Shown piece after piece: positions 12,701 through 26,190 of a stretch of 64,000 bases of DNA. The notes beneath the pieces are model-generated. The model worked only from the letters and a program-made list of their open reading frames with translations. It was not told the origin of the DNA and searched no databases. Numbering within the stretch: the first letter of the stretch is position 1; every line of letters starts with the position of its first letter. Both the position numbers and the translations under genes were made by a program. Location: positions 2,914,001 to 2,978,000 of the forward strand of contig OX597818.1 in NCBI GenBank assembly GCA_951406725.2, written 5' to 3'. This DNA is from Octopus vulgaris. Taxonomy: Eukaryota.

Positions 12701-14281
12701 TTCAAACCTTCAACTGAACCAACTATATTCCCACACAAAGCACTTATGGGTGTATTCCACAATTTGAACAGTCCCATCCACTTTGTGCTGAATAGATTTA
12801 CTAAATTTTTTAACACATATACTTTTGCCATTTTCTTTTGGTCACAAAATGTCACATTACACACAAATTCACCAACAAAATATAATCTTTTATCCGTAAC
12901 ACCATGTGTTACTTAATTTTCGCATACTGATAGACTTCCAAGTTTCTTCATTCACAATGGTAATATCACTTCCAGTGTCTAACTGCATTTTGACTCTTAT
13001 ATTCTCAATTTCCACATTTAAAATTTCCTCTTTGTTACATTACCATTTTCTTTTTTATTCTTGTTTATTCTTCTTTGTTTGTTCCAATGTTTTTGTCATC
13101 TTGGTTTTACAGTGCACTTTTACATGTTCAATTTATCCACAACAGAAACATCCCACTTTCTTAAATGGGCAGTTTTTTCTCAGATGTAGACCTCCACATG
13201 CAAAACATAGATTTATTTCCTGATTTTTGTCATGTTTGTAATGTATTTTAGCACACACTTGCATTCTATTCTGCTTGTTTTGTATCTTCCGATGCATTTG
13301 TTTCACTTGGGAGCAATCTTTATGTTATTTTCTCTGTGTTGTGTATTAAATTTACTATTCTTTCATACTTTTCTGACACTTGTTGTAATGTTACAGCTTG
13401 GTTTTGTTCCAGCTTAGCAAGAATTCTTGTTCTTACTTATGTGTCTTTCACTGCAGTTAGGCACTGGAACATAATGTGGTGTTAATTCATCTAGTTTGAG
13501 CTTCTCACATTCTCTGTTAACTCTACTAGCATATGTGATGTAGTCCTCCTTGTTGTTCTTTTCTAGGTTCAAGCAATTCTAACATGTATTGAACAACAAG
13601 CTTTTCTCACTAAAAATTTTACACAGTATCTCTTGTAGCTTTAAAGTTTATGTCAGAAAGAGCTTTCAGGAGTATGTAATTGCTGTAATGCTCATGTTCT
13701 CTTGCTACCAGTTTTCTTAAGATAAGACGCGTTTTCGTATTGTAAACCCAATCTTTGCACTCTTTATCGAAGATTTGCTAGTATCTTCTATAGTATGCCT
13801 TTGAAGGTAACTCCTTTGTCTGGTTCATGCTTAAATTCTGTTATCAAGTTCACAACATAATCTGGCAAGAACATCTTTTCAGCATTTCCTGACAACTTCA
13901 TTAAATTGTAGCTTTTGTTACTGTAATAGTAATTGTTGCTTGTACTAGTAATACTTGTAATAGTAATTGTTGGCCGAAAATTTTTTCATAATTATATGCT
14001 TTTGTATATCGTAAAATTCACACAAAAACTTTTGTGAGTTTTGTAATTCCTTATGAGTTTGTTAATTCCTCACTGCCACTGTTGTAATCCTTTGTTGGAT
14101 TGTTATAATGCCCACTCTAGTATAGCTGTTATAATTAGACAAGTAAGACCACAACTATCTATGACTGTCTATCTCTGTGCTCTCTACTATACTGACACTG
14201 ACTGACAGTATTTATAATGACTACCACATACCACTCATCACGTGGGAGGGGTGTGCCATTATTAATATTATTCCCATAACA
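9731..14281 (-). mobile_element. Gypsy LTR retrotransposon (degraded gag-PR-RT-RH-IN)
   Basis: LTRs 9731-~9940 and 14080-14281; PBS-like TGGCAGTGAGG; TSD GTATT (9726-9730)/GTGTT (14282-14286); RT FSKLDLSEAYLQI, integrase HAEHPGI..CRGC..RLYIDFAG..VSDNG. Confidence 0.93.
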
Positions 14282-14828
14282 GTGTTCCACACTCATTGAT
14301 ACTGGCCACACAAATAAAGTAGCACCAGCACACTATTAAACTATATCAACTATGCAATGGCAAACTGGTCAAACCAGTATAACACTGAAAAATGAGTCAC
14401 AAGTCATTAAAACAGCCCAATACCTTCCAAGGATACTCATTGTTACCTCTACTTTTCTTTCTCGCTCTGACCCCAATAACAAACTTGCTTAAATGAAACC
14501 ACCATGGGTTACAGATGTTGTGAACAAACAATAAATCATCACCTATACATGGATGATTTAAAACTTTTCACTAAAAATACCACAGAACAGAAACATTATA
14601 AAAATTGTCTATAGTTTCAGCAAGGACATCAGGATGAACATGGGGCTGGGCAAATTTTCCCAAAGTGAAGAGGCAAATTGATCGGCACTGAAAATACTGC
14701 ACTCAACATAGACACAAAAATCAGATAATTAGACCATAATTGCCCATACAAATATCTAGGAATAGATAAAAAAAAAAAAAGCTAAATTACACACAGATAT
14801 AAAAGAGAAAATTAGGAGAGAATATTAC

Positions 14829-17164
14829 TGTTGTGCGAGAGTACGGTACCACCTGGCGAGAATGGACTGGACCACTACATATAAATAGTAGTGGTCTGAG
14901 TAAGTGAGGTAGTTCATGCTAGTTCCACAATTTGTGTATTGATAGTTCAAAGTTGGATTTCAAAGTTTATAGTTCAAATCAGCATGTTGGATTGTTGGTC
15001 CCTAAAAGATTGTTGTTACATTCTGTGTGGTTACTGCCATTTGTTTTGATTATATTGTTATTACACTATTGCAGTGTATTCGTTTATCCATTAAGATATA
15101 ACATATGGTGACAACAATCATTCGAAACACATATTGGTTATTTGACAATTTCTGTGTCACAGGAAACCTATTAGCTGCAGTAGTACAGCTTCAAGAGAAG
15201 TAACAGGAATAACTACAGGAGTTGCAAAAACAAAAACTACAACAACAACAACAACAACAATTAATTGAGTTACAGTCGGCAAAGTCTGAAAATCCAGTAA
15301 GCTTGTTTATGCCAGACAGTATGACTAATGCAATTTCTGAATTTATAATAATCAGAGGAGGCTTATTAAGTTTTCCACATATTATAGAAGATACAAAGAA
15401 ATTTTTAATGAGTGCAAGTCATGGTCGAAGGAGCAGAAAGTAAGGCTTTTACTATGCAAGGTAACTCCTGCTGAATATGAGTGTTACTGTAACTTTATTC
15501 TGCCCCAAAAGTTGAGTGAGATTGGTTTCTAAGAAATTGTAGAACTGCTTTCAAAAATTTTATGTGATAGAAGTTCATTATTCGACACCAGAATGGAGTG
15601 TTGGAACTTAACAAAAATTGACGAGAATGATTTTATCACCTATGCCAGAGCAGTCAATTGTACATGCAAAAATTTCAAACTCCAGGATCTCACTCAGGAT
15701 ATCTTCATGCAAGGACTTATAGCACCTGAAGATAGAGAAATTTGGGCAAGGATTCTCTTGAAAATGGAGTAAGTGAACCAGGATTTATCTCTATAGACCA
15801 CTGCAGAAGAATGTGAATTTTAAACATGATGTTTAAAGAACTGAAGAAAAAACTGAAAAAATGTTCCCACAAGTGTTATCAGAGGATTTAGGTCTATGTA
15901 GAAAGATGGAAGCCTATTTCCAAGTAAGTGAAAACACTGAACTTGTATTTAAAGCAAACAGAAAAGTACCATTCGCAGTAGTTTTTCAATTTGCAACAAT
16001 ATTCTGATGTATGCCCAAAGAGTTGGCTGTTCCAACTACATTACAAAAAGGTGTATTGCAACACTTCACAGTGGACATCCAGAGACGGAGAACCTATAGT
16101 CTAGGTTACATGTTGACTATGCTGGAGGTTTGCAGGTGTTATAGACCAACCTCTAAGACAACTATAAAGTTCTTATATGAATTGTTTGCAAGTTACGGTG
16201 TCCCTGACATACCAGTTTCAGACAACGAAATGCAGTTCTCTGGGTATGAATTCAAGAACTTCTGTAAAAGGCATGCAATAAAGCATATTTTCACTCCAAT
16301 CTACCACCCGAGGTCAAACAGGCAGGTAAAAAGATTTGTGGACACCTTTAAGAGAACGTTAAGAAAAGCAAGGAATGAATTAAGTGATGAACAATCACTG
16401 ACAAATTTCTTAAGAATATACAGAGTGACCTTTAATCCAAGTACAAATTCAGGGAAGTGATGTTTGCATGAAGAATAAAATCCATTTTTGATAAGCTGTT
16501 ACCAGAGAAAAATAGATGTAAAGGAAATACAAAAAAGCCAATGAAATACATTGAGATAGGTAATAAAGTGCATTTCAAAACCTATAGAAATGGTAAAGAA
16601 GGCTGGGAAGATGGCCTTGTTACCAGAAAACTTGGAAGTATGATGTATCTAATTAAAGGGTCACACAATGAACATAAGGGACATATAAACCAAGAGGCGT
16701 ACCCAAGATCAGGAAGAAATTCCCATGGGAGTATTCTGTGAAATATACGATGTACCGGTACCAAATGTAGTAGAATCCTGTAGAACCAGCATGAAAAAAG
16801 AAAGCAGACCAAATACAAAAGAGATACTAAAAAAAAAATTTTTTTTTAATTTCTTTATTCCTTTGGAACATGAAATCTAAAAAGGTGGGGTGTTGTGCAA
16901 GAGTACGATGCCCCCTGGTGAGAATGGACTGGACCACTACATATAAATAGTAGCGGTCTGAGTAAGTGAGGTAGTTAGTGTTAGTTCCACAGTTCGTGTG
17001 TGATAGTCCAAAGTCAGGGTTCAAAGTTTGCAGTTCGAGTTAGCATGTTGGACTGTTGATTCCTAAAACATTGCTGTTACATTCCGTGTGGTTACTGCCA
17101 TTTGTTTTGATTATATTGTTATTACACTATTGCAGTGTATTTGTTTATCCATAAGGATATAACA
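14829..17164 (+). mobile_element. Internally deleted Gypsy LTR element (gag remnant + integrase)
   Basis: LTRs 14829-15103 and 16891-17164 (TG...CA), perfect TSD ATTAC, PBS-like TGGTGAC, PPT AAAAAGGTGGGG; integrase VSDNEMQF..YHPRSNRQVKRFVDTFKR. Confidence 0.93.
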
Positions 17165-18713
17165 ATTACAGAAAAGTTAGACTAATATTAACCACTGAAC
17201 TCAATGCTTAAGGGATAAACATGCTAGCCATACCAGTCATAAATTACAGCATCAACATAATAAACTGAAAGATCAATGAATTGAGAAACTGAAATCGAAA
17301 ACTAGAACACTATTAACAGCATACCGAAGTGACCACAGCAAAGCAGATACAGACAGAATATATCTACCTTGCTCAGAAGAAAGCCACGGCCTGACACATA
17401 CAGAGAACTACTATAAAATAACAACAGTTGGACTGGAAAAGTACTTAGAAACAAAAAGTGAATAAAGCAACCCCAGAATATGCTTTTCTCTATACACAGG
17501 GAGGTGACAAAATACAAAACAGAAACAAACTACACTGATATACTGATCTCAGATGACAACATAGCAAAAATGGTCAAAGAGATGAAAAACAACTTGAAAA
17601 CAGAATTACAAATCATACTAAAGAAGAAATGGAGAGAAAAATCACTTCATGGCCAATACCCTGCAAGGCTTGACAGAGAAGTAAGCTTAATCAAAAGTCG
17701 ACAAAAGCTCAAAAGCTCTGGACTAAAAGCAGAAATGGAAGAACTGCTTCTTTTTCTATAAGATCAGTGCCTGACCACAAACTACTATAAAAGCAGAATA
17801 ATGAAAACAGGCCCTAACACCAAATGTAAAATGTGCAACCAGCATAATGAGACAGTTGACTACATATCTGGCTCTCCAATACTTGGAAAATCTGAATATA
17901 TATATACAGACATGACTAAGTAAGTAGTTATATCCACTGGACAATATGTCAACACTACAACATTAAAAACTAACAAGAAATGGTATAAACATATACCAAA
18001 CAAGGTACATGACAACGATCAGGCTACAATCATCTAGGATAAGCCTGTTCAAACTGACAAAGAAATAAAAGCTAATTCCCAGACATAATAATCAAGGATG
18101 GAAAAAAAAACACCTGCTTTCTCATAGACATTGTAGTCCCTTCTTATCAAAATATTGCACACAAATAAGTGGAGAAATTGACAAAGTACAAAGACTTCAA
18201 AATTGAAGTATTCAAAATGTGGGGCATGAGGGTGAAAACAAAACCAATAATAATTGGAGCACTGGGTATAACAAAAAAAAAATCATATGAACAAAAACAT
18301 AGAAGCTATATCTGAGCTCTCAACATTACACACTATCCCCCAAATAGTCCTGCTAGGAACAGCCTATGCTATCAATTCATTAATACAATCCAAACAAAAC
18401 AATCTACAAACACAAGACATACTCCATATAGCGAATATCCAATACGATAATCAACCCCTACAATATGTACTCTACATGCCAAATACCAACAGAAGAACAT
18501 GACTTGCATTATACACACCATACACAATACAAACACTCATACAACAAAAGACTGCAACTAAATCCAATAACAAAACAAACTAAAGCAATACAATACCAGG
18601 AAGAGTTTGTACTCCCCCAATAACAAAAAAAACACACAATGCTGTACACACTCCAGCAACATGGAGTGTAGCAGGTGATACAGCATAAATCTACCTGAAA
18701 TTATAAATGTTGA

Positions 18714-18770
18714 ATAATAATAATAATAATAACAATAATAATAATAATAATGATAATAATAATAATAATA
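18714..18770 (+). repeat. (AAT)n microsatellite between tandem R4/Dong fragments
   Basis: Direct reading. Confidence 0.95.
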
Positions 18771-19137
18771 AAGAGGAATTTGACAAACTAAGTAAATATA
18801 AGGACCTGGAAATTGAAATACAAAAGATGTGGCATCTTAAAATGAGAACTGTTCCTGTAGGTGCTCTAGGTATGATAAAAAAGAAGTATTAGAAACATCT
18901 AGATAAGATCCTAGGAGTAACATGTCTCAGAGAAATCCAAAAGATTGTACTGACAAGTACTGCCCACATCCTTAGAAAAACACTATTTAAATGTCTGTGT
19001 TGTATTACAGAAAGATATTTCACTACCTCCCCTTCCCAAGCTTTCAGTTCTACTGTAACATCTTATCCTTCACTTGCCTCATGATGCTGGGTGTGTCTCA
19101 ACAAGAGACTGTAACAAAGATGCGGATTAAAAGTGAA
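18771..19137 (+). mobile_element. 5'-truncated R4/Dong LINE 3' end
   Basis: KEEFDKLSKYKDLEIEIQKMW..PVGALG..IQKIVLTSTAHILRK, then 3' UTR and a second (AAT)-rich tract. Confidence 0.8.
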
Positions 19138-19165
19138 AATAATAGTGATAATAATAACAATAACA

Positions 19166-19615
19166 TGTAGTGAAAAGAAATGCAAGTAACTGCAGAATAT
19201 GTGGAGTTGGAGAAGAAATGACAAATCATATTGTCTCTGGTTTCCCAATCCTGGCTGAGAAAGAATATATTCACAGACATGACAGATTTGGGACCTATAT
19301 ACCCTGGAAGCTATGCCAACACCATGGAATAACAACAGAAAAAAGATTGTATAGGCACATTTTAGAAAAGGTCACAGAAAATGAGAAAGCAACCATTCTC
19401 TGGATATGCCAATACACACAGAGAAATTAAGGCCAATAGGCTGGATATAATTGTCAGAGATTACCAAGAAAAAAAATGCTTTCTAATTGATGTATCAATA
19501 CCAACAGAGAAACTGTCAAAATACAAAGATCTGGAAATAGAGGTAACTGAAACAATTCCTATTATAGTAGGTGCATTAGGTATGAAAAAAATATTCAGAC
19601 AAATATTCAGAAGAT
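19166..19615 (+). mobile_element. R4/Dong LINE C-terminal fragment
   Basis: CRICG..E...HIVSG..YIHRHD zinc knuckle, ANRLDII, KYKDLEIEV. Confidence 0.8.
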
Positions 19616-20483
19616 TTTAGATGAGCTGCAGGAAGTAATGGGTAAAGACATAAGAAAAAGATCGCCAGCATTAAAAGGTACCAACAGAAGGAAGCTGCTA
19701 GATATAACTTGGAAAGTAGATTCTGCTACCAGTAGGATAGATACGAAAAATATAGGAGACAATTATTGATCTATGCAGGAAGGGTGGTAGTTACGAGAAG
19801 ATTAGATATTCCACAAGGAAAGATTAGAAAAGAGCAAATGTGGAAAAGGAGATTACAAAATAGTGAAGACTTTAAGACAAGATCTGAATAGAAGCCTGGA
19901 AACTGAACAAGTTAGGATACCCAAAATTTAAATCTTCTCTTGAGAAAAGATACTTAGTCAAAGAGAAAGGATTTGGAACAGTCATAGAAAAGTTGAAACA
20001 GCATATGATAGCAGTAGCATCTATTCTTTTCTGATATTTGGAAGATATCAGAAAATAGATCAGTATCAACAGAATAGATTATTTGAGACAGACCAGAGGA
20101 GATTTTACAACCAAATAAATAGTGGAGAAGAAATTACTGAAGATGAGATATCTAATACAGAAGAAGCTAGAAAGTTCTGGAGTAATATATGGGATAATCC
20201 AGTCAATCATAAAGGAGATGCAGTATGGTTAAAGAAAGTGAGGGAAGAAGTAGTGAGTGAGAAGCAGCCAGATCTAAGACTAACTAGTGCATTGAGTAAA
20301 GTGTTAGGAAAAATGCCAAATTGGAAGGGCCCAGGACAAGATTTAGTTCAAGGGCAAAAGAAATTTAGAAATTTACATGGGAGGCTTAGGGAACAACTTC
20401 AGGATTGTCTTAATGGAGGAATAATACCAGATTGAATGACTACAGGGCGAACAATACTCCTTATGAAAGATAAAAGCAAGGTA

Positions 20484-21802
20484 ATCATCATCATCATCAT
20501 CATCGTTTAACGTCCGTTCTCCATGCTAGCATGGGTTGGACGGTTCGACCGGGGATCTGGGAAGCCAGAAGGCTGCACCAGGCTCCAGTCTTATCTGGCA
20601 GTGTTTCTACAGCTGGATGCCCTTCCTAACGCCAACCACTCCGTGAGTGTAGTGGGTGCTTTTTACGTGCCACCTGCACAGGTGCCAGGCGAGGCTGGCA
20701 ACGGCCACGGTCGGATTGGTGTATTTTATGTGCCACCGGCACGGAAGCCAGACGAGGCGGTGCTGGCATCGGCCACGAGTCGGATGGTGCTTTTTACGTA
20801 CCACCAGACCAGGGATCCTGGCTGGTTCAATTCGATTTCGATTTCGCTTGCCCCAACATGTCTTCGCAAGCAAGGGGGTTGGCATGGGTGCCTGTTGTAC
20901 GGTCAGATTGGTGTATTTTACGTGCCACCGGCACGGAAGCCAGTGGAGGCGGCGCTGGCATCGGCCACGAGTCGGATAGTGCTTTTTACGTACCACCAGA
21001 CCAGGGAACCTGGCTGGTTCAATTCGATTTCGCTTGCCCCAACATGTCTTCGCAAGCAAGGGGGTTGGCATGGGTGCCTGTCGTACGGTCAGATTGGTGT
21101 ATTTTACGTGCCACCGGCACGGAAGCCAGTGGAGGCGGCGCTGGCATCGGCCACGAGTCGGATAGTGCTTTTTACGTACCACCAGACCAGGGATCCTGGC
21201 TGGTTCAATTCGATTTTGACTTCGATTTCGATTTCGCTTGCCCCAACATGTCTTCGCAAGCAAAGGGGGTTGGCATGGGTGCCTGTCGTCGGATGAGGTT
21301 CTATATCGACTTCGCTTGCCTCAACAGGTCTTTGTGTCCAAGGGAGGAAAGGCATTCATAAGTGGGCTGGGCTCACTTGTCCTGCCTGGTCTTCTCACGT
21401 ACAGAATATTTCCAAAGGTCTCGGTCGCTGGTCATTTCCTCAGTGAGGCCTAAAGTTCGAAGGTCGTGCTTCACCACCTCGTCCCAGGTTTTCCTGGGTC
21501 TACCTCTTCCACGGGTTCCCTCAACTGCTAAGGATTGGCACTTTCTCACACACCTATCTTCATCCATTCTCGCCACATGACCATACCAGCGCAATCGTCT
21601 CTCTTGCACACCACAACTGATGCCTCTTAGGTACAACATTTCTCTCAAGGTGCTAACACTCTGTCGAGTATGTACACTGACATTACACATCCATCGGAGC
21701 ATACTGGCTTCATTCCTCACGAGCTTACGCATGTCCTCGGCAGTCACGGCCCATGTTTCACTGCCATGTAGCATGGCTGTTCGTACACACGCATCATACA
21801 GT
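20484..21802 (-). mobile_element. 5'-truncated RTE LINE with expanded 3' UTR and (GAT)n tail
   Basis: ORF 21373-21774 LHGSETW..RRLRWYGHVARM..RGRGRPRKTW; tail reads (CAT)n at 20486-20503; CpG-rich, little decay. Confidence 0.93.
20709..21288. repeat. Three tandem ~190 bp units in the RTE 3' UTR
   Basis: Units start at 20709, 20901 and 21087 (GGTCRGATTGGTG). Confidence 0.95.
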
Positions 21803-23251
21803 AGCTAGCAATTATAGACCAATCACTTGCTTACCATTAGTGTGGAAGCTGTTAACAGGAATACTTTCAGAAAGCATTTATGAGCAGCTTGATAACTAGA
21901 ATTTACTGCCAGAAGAACAGAAAGGTTGCAGGAAGCAGGCTAGAAGAACATATGATTTATTTTACATAAACAAAGCAGTTCCAAATGAAGTAAAAGCTAG
22001 AGAAAAAAATTTAACAATAGCATGGATAGATCACAAAAATCCTATGACATGATTCCACACTCATAGATAAGTGAATGTTTGAGTATATTCAGTATAGCAG
22101 ACAACATAAGAGAATTAAGTAGCTTTAGGATGAAGAAATGGAAAGTAGATCTCTACTCAGGTGATACAGTTTTACAAAAGGTTAATATCAAGAGAGAAAT
22201 TTTTTCCAAGGAGACTGATTATCCCTTTTAATATTAATCTTATGTTTCATCCCCCTCAGTTTAGTACTAAGGAAGGCAAAGGCAGGGTATCAGTTCAGAA
22301 ATAGTAAGGGAAAAATTAATCATTTGCTCTACATGAATGATCTGAAGCTTTTTAGTAAGAATGGAAAAGAGATAGATTCCTTAATACAGACTGTAAGACT
22401 CTTCAGAAAAGATATAGGCATGGAATTTGGCATAGATAAGTGTGCAATATTAGTCATGAAAAGGGGACAGGTAGTCAACAGTGAAAGCATCCGATTACCA
22501 GATGGCTTGATATTAAAATCACTGAAAGAGAGAGAGTTATATAAGTATCTAGGAGTATTAGAATCTGACAGAATACTAACTATAAAAATGGAAATGAAAA
22601 TTTAGGAGTACATCAGAGGGTAAGGAAGCTAATGAAGTCAAAGCTAAATGGTCCAAATCTACTAATGGCCGTAAATATTAGGGAAGCATCATTACTAAGA
22701 TACTCAGCAGCTTTTGTAGATTGGACAAAAACCGAATAAGCAAAGCTAGACAGAAGAACTAGGAAGGAATTCAATATGAATGGAGAAGGAGTAGCAAGAA
22801 TATACTTATCTAGAAAGGAAGGTGGAAGAGAGCCAATATCAGTAGAATACTGCATGGAATTAGCTACAGTATATATAGACTCCTATGCAGGTAATAGTGA
22901 AGGAAGTTTATTAAGAGTTGCTTAAGTTAGAGTAAGACATAAGGAAAGCAAAAAAAAAGAAAAACAAAGTTGAAAACCAGAAAAAAGAACAACAGTTATC
23001 TGACTGGCTGGAGAAGGCTTTGTATGGTAGGTTCCCAAAGATAGTTGCAGTAAATAGTAGTAGTGAGACATGGTTATTGTTGCAGAAAGGAAAGCTGAAG
23101 AAGGAAACAGAAAGTTTGTTATTAGCAGCACAAGATCAAGCATTAAGGACTAATTAGATAAAAACAAGATAGACAAAAACAAAGTAGATTCCCAATGCAT
23201 GTTATGTAAGTCAAAAGAAGAAAGTGTTACTCATACAGTAAGTGAATGCAG

Positions 23252-26190
23252 CATGCCAATGGAAGGAGGCAGGGCGATCTTCACAATGTATTCAGATGAT
23301 AGCTGGATCCGTCCTACACTTGATAATAATTGTTCGACAAAGCTCCACAAATCAGAATTGCATGAACACTGTACAAGAGCATGCAGAATAGTTTCATTGC
23401 TCTGCATGCCTCTCAGACAAGCCCATCTAACTGCACACCTGTGCCTGTAGAGCATTTTGTGAACCAGCAAGCCGTCCCCCCCAGTAGAACTGCCAGATGA
23501 GGGATCTCTGGTAGTTATCCATAGGCCTTGGCCCAAAAGTACTCCAGAAGAGACCAAGCCAGTTGATCCCACCTGATGCCCAGAACCTCTCTGAGAACGT
23601 CATCACTCTTGCCCTCCACTAATCTCCAATAGAACTCCAAGATGGAGCTTCCACTGACTGCATTGCCCAACTGGCTGAGGGCTGTGTGTTTGGAGGCACT
23701 CTAGGTGCCAAGCACCCTGCCTCGGTCTACACCTGATTAAGGACTGTTGCCCCGTCATGGAGATGAGCGCATCCAACAAACAGTGACCACACCTGCTCAC
23801 CATTAAGGTATTGCTGGAGATGTCGCAGCCTCAACACATGTCTGCACATCATCCACATCATGCCCAGTTCTCCATGCAATGGATGCTGACAAGTGGTACC
23901 TGTCCCTTCCACAGGAAGCAGAAGAGTAAGTGCACCAGCCTGTTTAGCTACAAAGCTGGGCAAGGGACAAGTCAAGTGTTAGTATATGATGGATGTGACA
24001 TACACATTCATATTTCTCCGCCCAACCTTTCAGGGACAGCTTCCACTCAGCCCATTTCTGGGTGAAACTGGCCACCCTGTCTGTCACCTCACCCCATTTC
24101 TTGTCCACTTGGAGGTCCATACCGAACCAGACCCCGAGCAACTTAACCAGCCCTTTCATCCAGTGCCCCATAACACTGTTGGTCAGCAAGGACCTGCCTC
24201 CCCAGGTGCCAAGCTACAGGCCCCCTGACCTCTCCTGGTTAATCATTGCTCCTATCACTGCTCTGTATTCCCTTAGAGTAGTGCTGACCATCTCGATTTC
24301 CGAGATGTGCGACACTATCATGATGATGTTGTCTGCATATGCCAACACAAACCTTCCACATTCTAGTTCACGCAAGATGCCTCTTGAAACATTCAGCTTC
24401 TGCAGTAATAGTTCAAGTGCCAGTACATAGAGAGGGGGTGAGAGTGGGCATCCTTGATAGACCGAATGTGCAATATTAAACGATTCTGACAGGTAGCCAT
24501 TTACTTTGACCACCGAATAGATGTCACTGTACATTGCAGGGATCCCAAACCAGGAAGACGAGACCAAAACCAGCTGCCTTAAGGACAGCCTCCAAGTACT
24601 GATGGTCAACCCTATCAAAAGCTTTCAATTGATCCAAATTGATCAGGACCCCGCCCATACCAGGTTCTTTACCAACCATCTCTATGATGTATTGTGTGAG
24701 GTGGAGGTTGTTGTGACTATATCTGTTGGGGATAGTGCAAGTCTACATATCATCCACTTTGCTAACAAGTTGGCCAAAATTTTATAATCTGCATTTTGCA
24801 AAGTTACAAGCCTAATGTTATCAACGATGTTCCCCTTGTTCAGATCCTTTCTCAGTAGTGCCACCACAACTCAGCTCACAGATCTGGGGATTCTTCCGTT
24901 CTGCTACCAGTTAAGGTAGGCACCTCACCAAAGCTCAATGAACAAGTCTGACATATGAATATAAAGCTTGATGGATAGACTATCCAATGCTACAGGCTTC
25001 TTCTGCGAGAAGCTAGCCAACATGTCACGTATATCTTCAGCTGTCATACCTGGTCGAAAGCCATGGCAGTCCATCAAGGTAGTAAGTGAAGTCCACCTCT
25101 GAGTCACCATGTGCCCTGTACAGTTCAGCAAAGTGCTGCTGAAATTCCATACTTTGACTCGTGTAGCATGCGCCTGTCCCAACCCTTCAAAGACCAAATT
25201 GTAGTTTTGTTACCAAGCTGAGCCTCGGCCACCCAGGCCCATCAAACAGCTTTTGTTCCCTCCTGTTTTAGAGCATATGTCCTAACTGACAATGCAGTCT
25301 TCATGCTTAATGTTGAAGAATTGGTTCAGAACCAATCTCACTGCTAGCATGTCGGTCACTATGCTTCTACTGAGTGCCTCTTCCAATTTCTCAACTAGAT
25401 CTCCCTCTACTCTAGTCTTCTCTATCACTAGTTCTCTGCTAAATTTTACAGCTTCTACTCTAATCTCCTATTTTAGGGATACCCACCATCAGTTGTTGAT
25501 GACTGCACCTGTCAACTTTCGATGGATTAACTTGCTAAGTTGGTCTCTGAAAACTTGGCATGCTGGAAAGGACACGTTCAGCTTCCAAATTTTGGGACCC
25601 TGCCTATGAAGCCTATCTAATTCAGCTGTACAGATCGCAAATTTGTGGTCTGTATAGCTGACAAGTCGAATTGTAGACAACCTATGCTATCCCTATCTGC
25701 TGGCCTACAAAATATCCTATCTAGATAATATCTGGATGACCCAATGCTGTTTGCCAATATCCACACTGGGACATTCGGATAATCCAGTCTGAACCTGTTA
25801 GCCAGTTGGAAATGACTGAGCAGGTTTCCGAGGCTTGTGTACTCTCTTTTTTATCTGCTAGCCCCACTCAATCTAGCACAAAAGAGTGAGACGTCTCTAG
25901 AAAGACCTCCAAATGTCTGAAGAAATCTGGCTGCCCTAATCCAGTTGGAGCATACACAGAAGCCAGTTTAAAAGCACTGCCTTTATTATTGTTCATGTCC
26001 AGGAAAACCAACTGTATCTCAAGATCCAGGCCTTTTCTGAACAACACCACCACCCAAGAAACAAAGATCTCAAAATCGTTAAAAATAGGTGCTAAGGTAC
26101 GTGTCCGTGATCCTGGTCTCACTGATGGCTATTACATCCAAATTCAGCTCCCTGAGGTCACTGCTTCCAGGACAACCCCAGGCATTGTAC
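23252..26190 (-). mobile_element. Tx1/L1-like LINE ORF2, degraded
   Basis: APE motifs VIAISETRI, VYAPT, TDH; RT NADYKILA, SVYQGCPLSPPLY, AYADN; QKWAEWKLSLKG; C-terminal CLRG..ETILHALVQC. Confidence 0.85.

Larger units (their letters stand above)
8500..18713 (+). mobile_element. R4/Dong-like RLE LINE, degraded, split by one SINE and two Gypsy insertions
   Basis: [30 protein letters not shown]...GCKEQL, KAFDSI|PHS across LTR insertion 1, HHLYMDDLKLF, REYY|RKVRL across LTR insertion 2, C-terminal CKMC-H zinc knuckle and PDIII...KYKD restriction-like endonuclease. Confidence 0.85.
19616..23251 (+). mobile_element. Second R4/Dong-like LINE, split by an RTE insertion
   Basis: MPNWKGPGQD, KDKSK|ASNYRPITCLP across the insert, HLLYMNDLKLF..IGMEFGIDKC..YKYLG, CMLCKSKEESVTHTVSEC. 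Confidence 0.85.

Noticed and set aside
20655-21190. CRISPR-like repeat-spacer appearance
   Set aside because: Eukaryotic LINE UTR; spacers are themselves repeated and no cas genes are present.
20523-21361. Overlapping 167-257 aa ORFs on both strands
   Set aside because: They arise from the GC-rich tandemly repeated RTE 3' UTR; no protein motifs.
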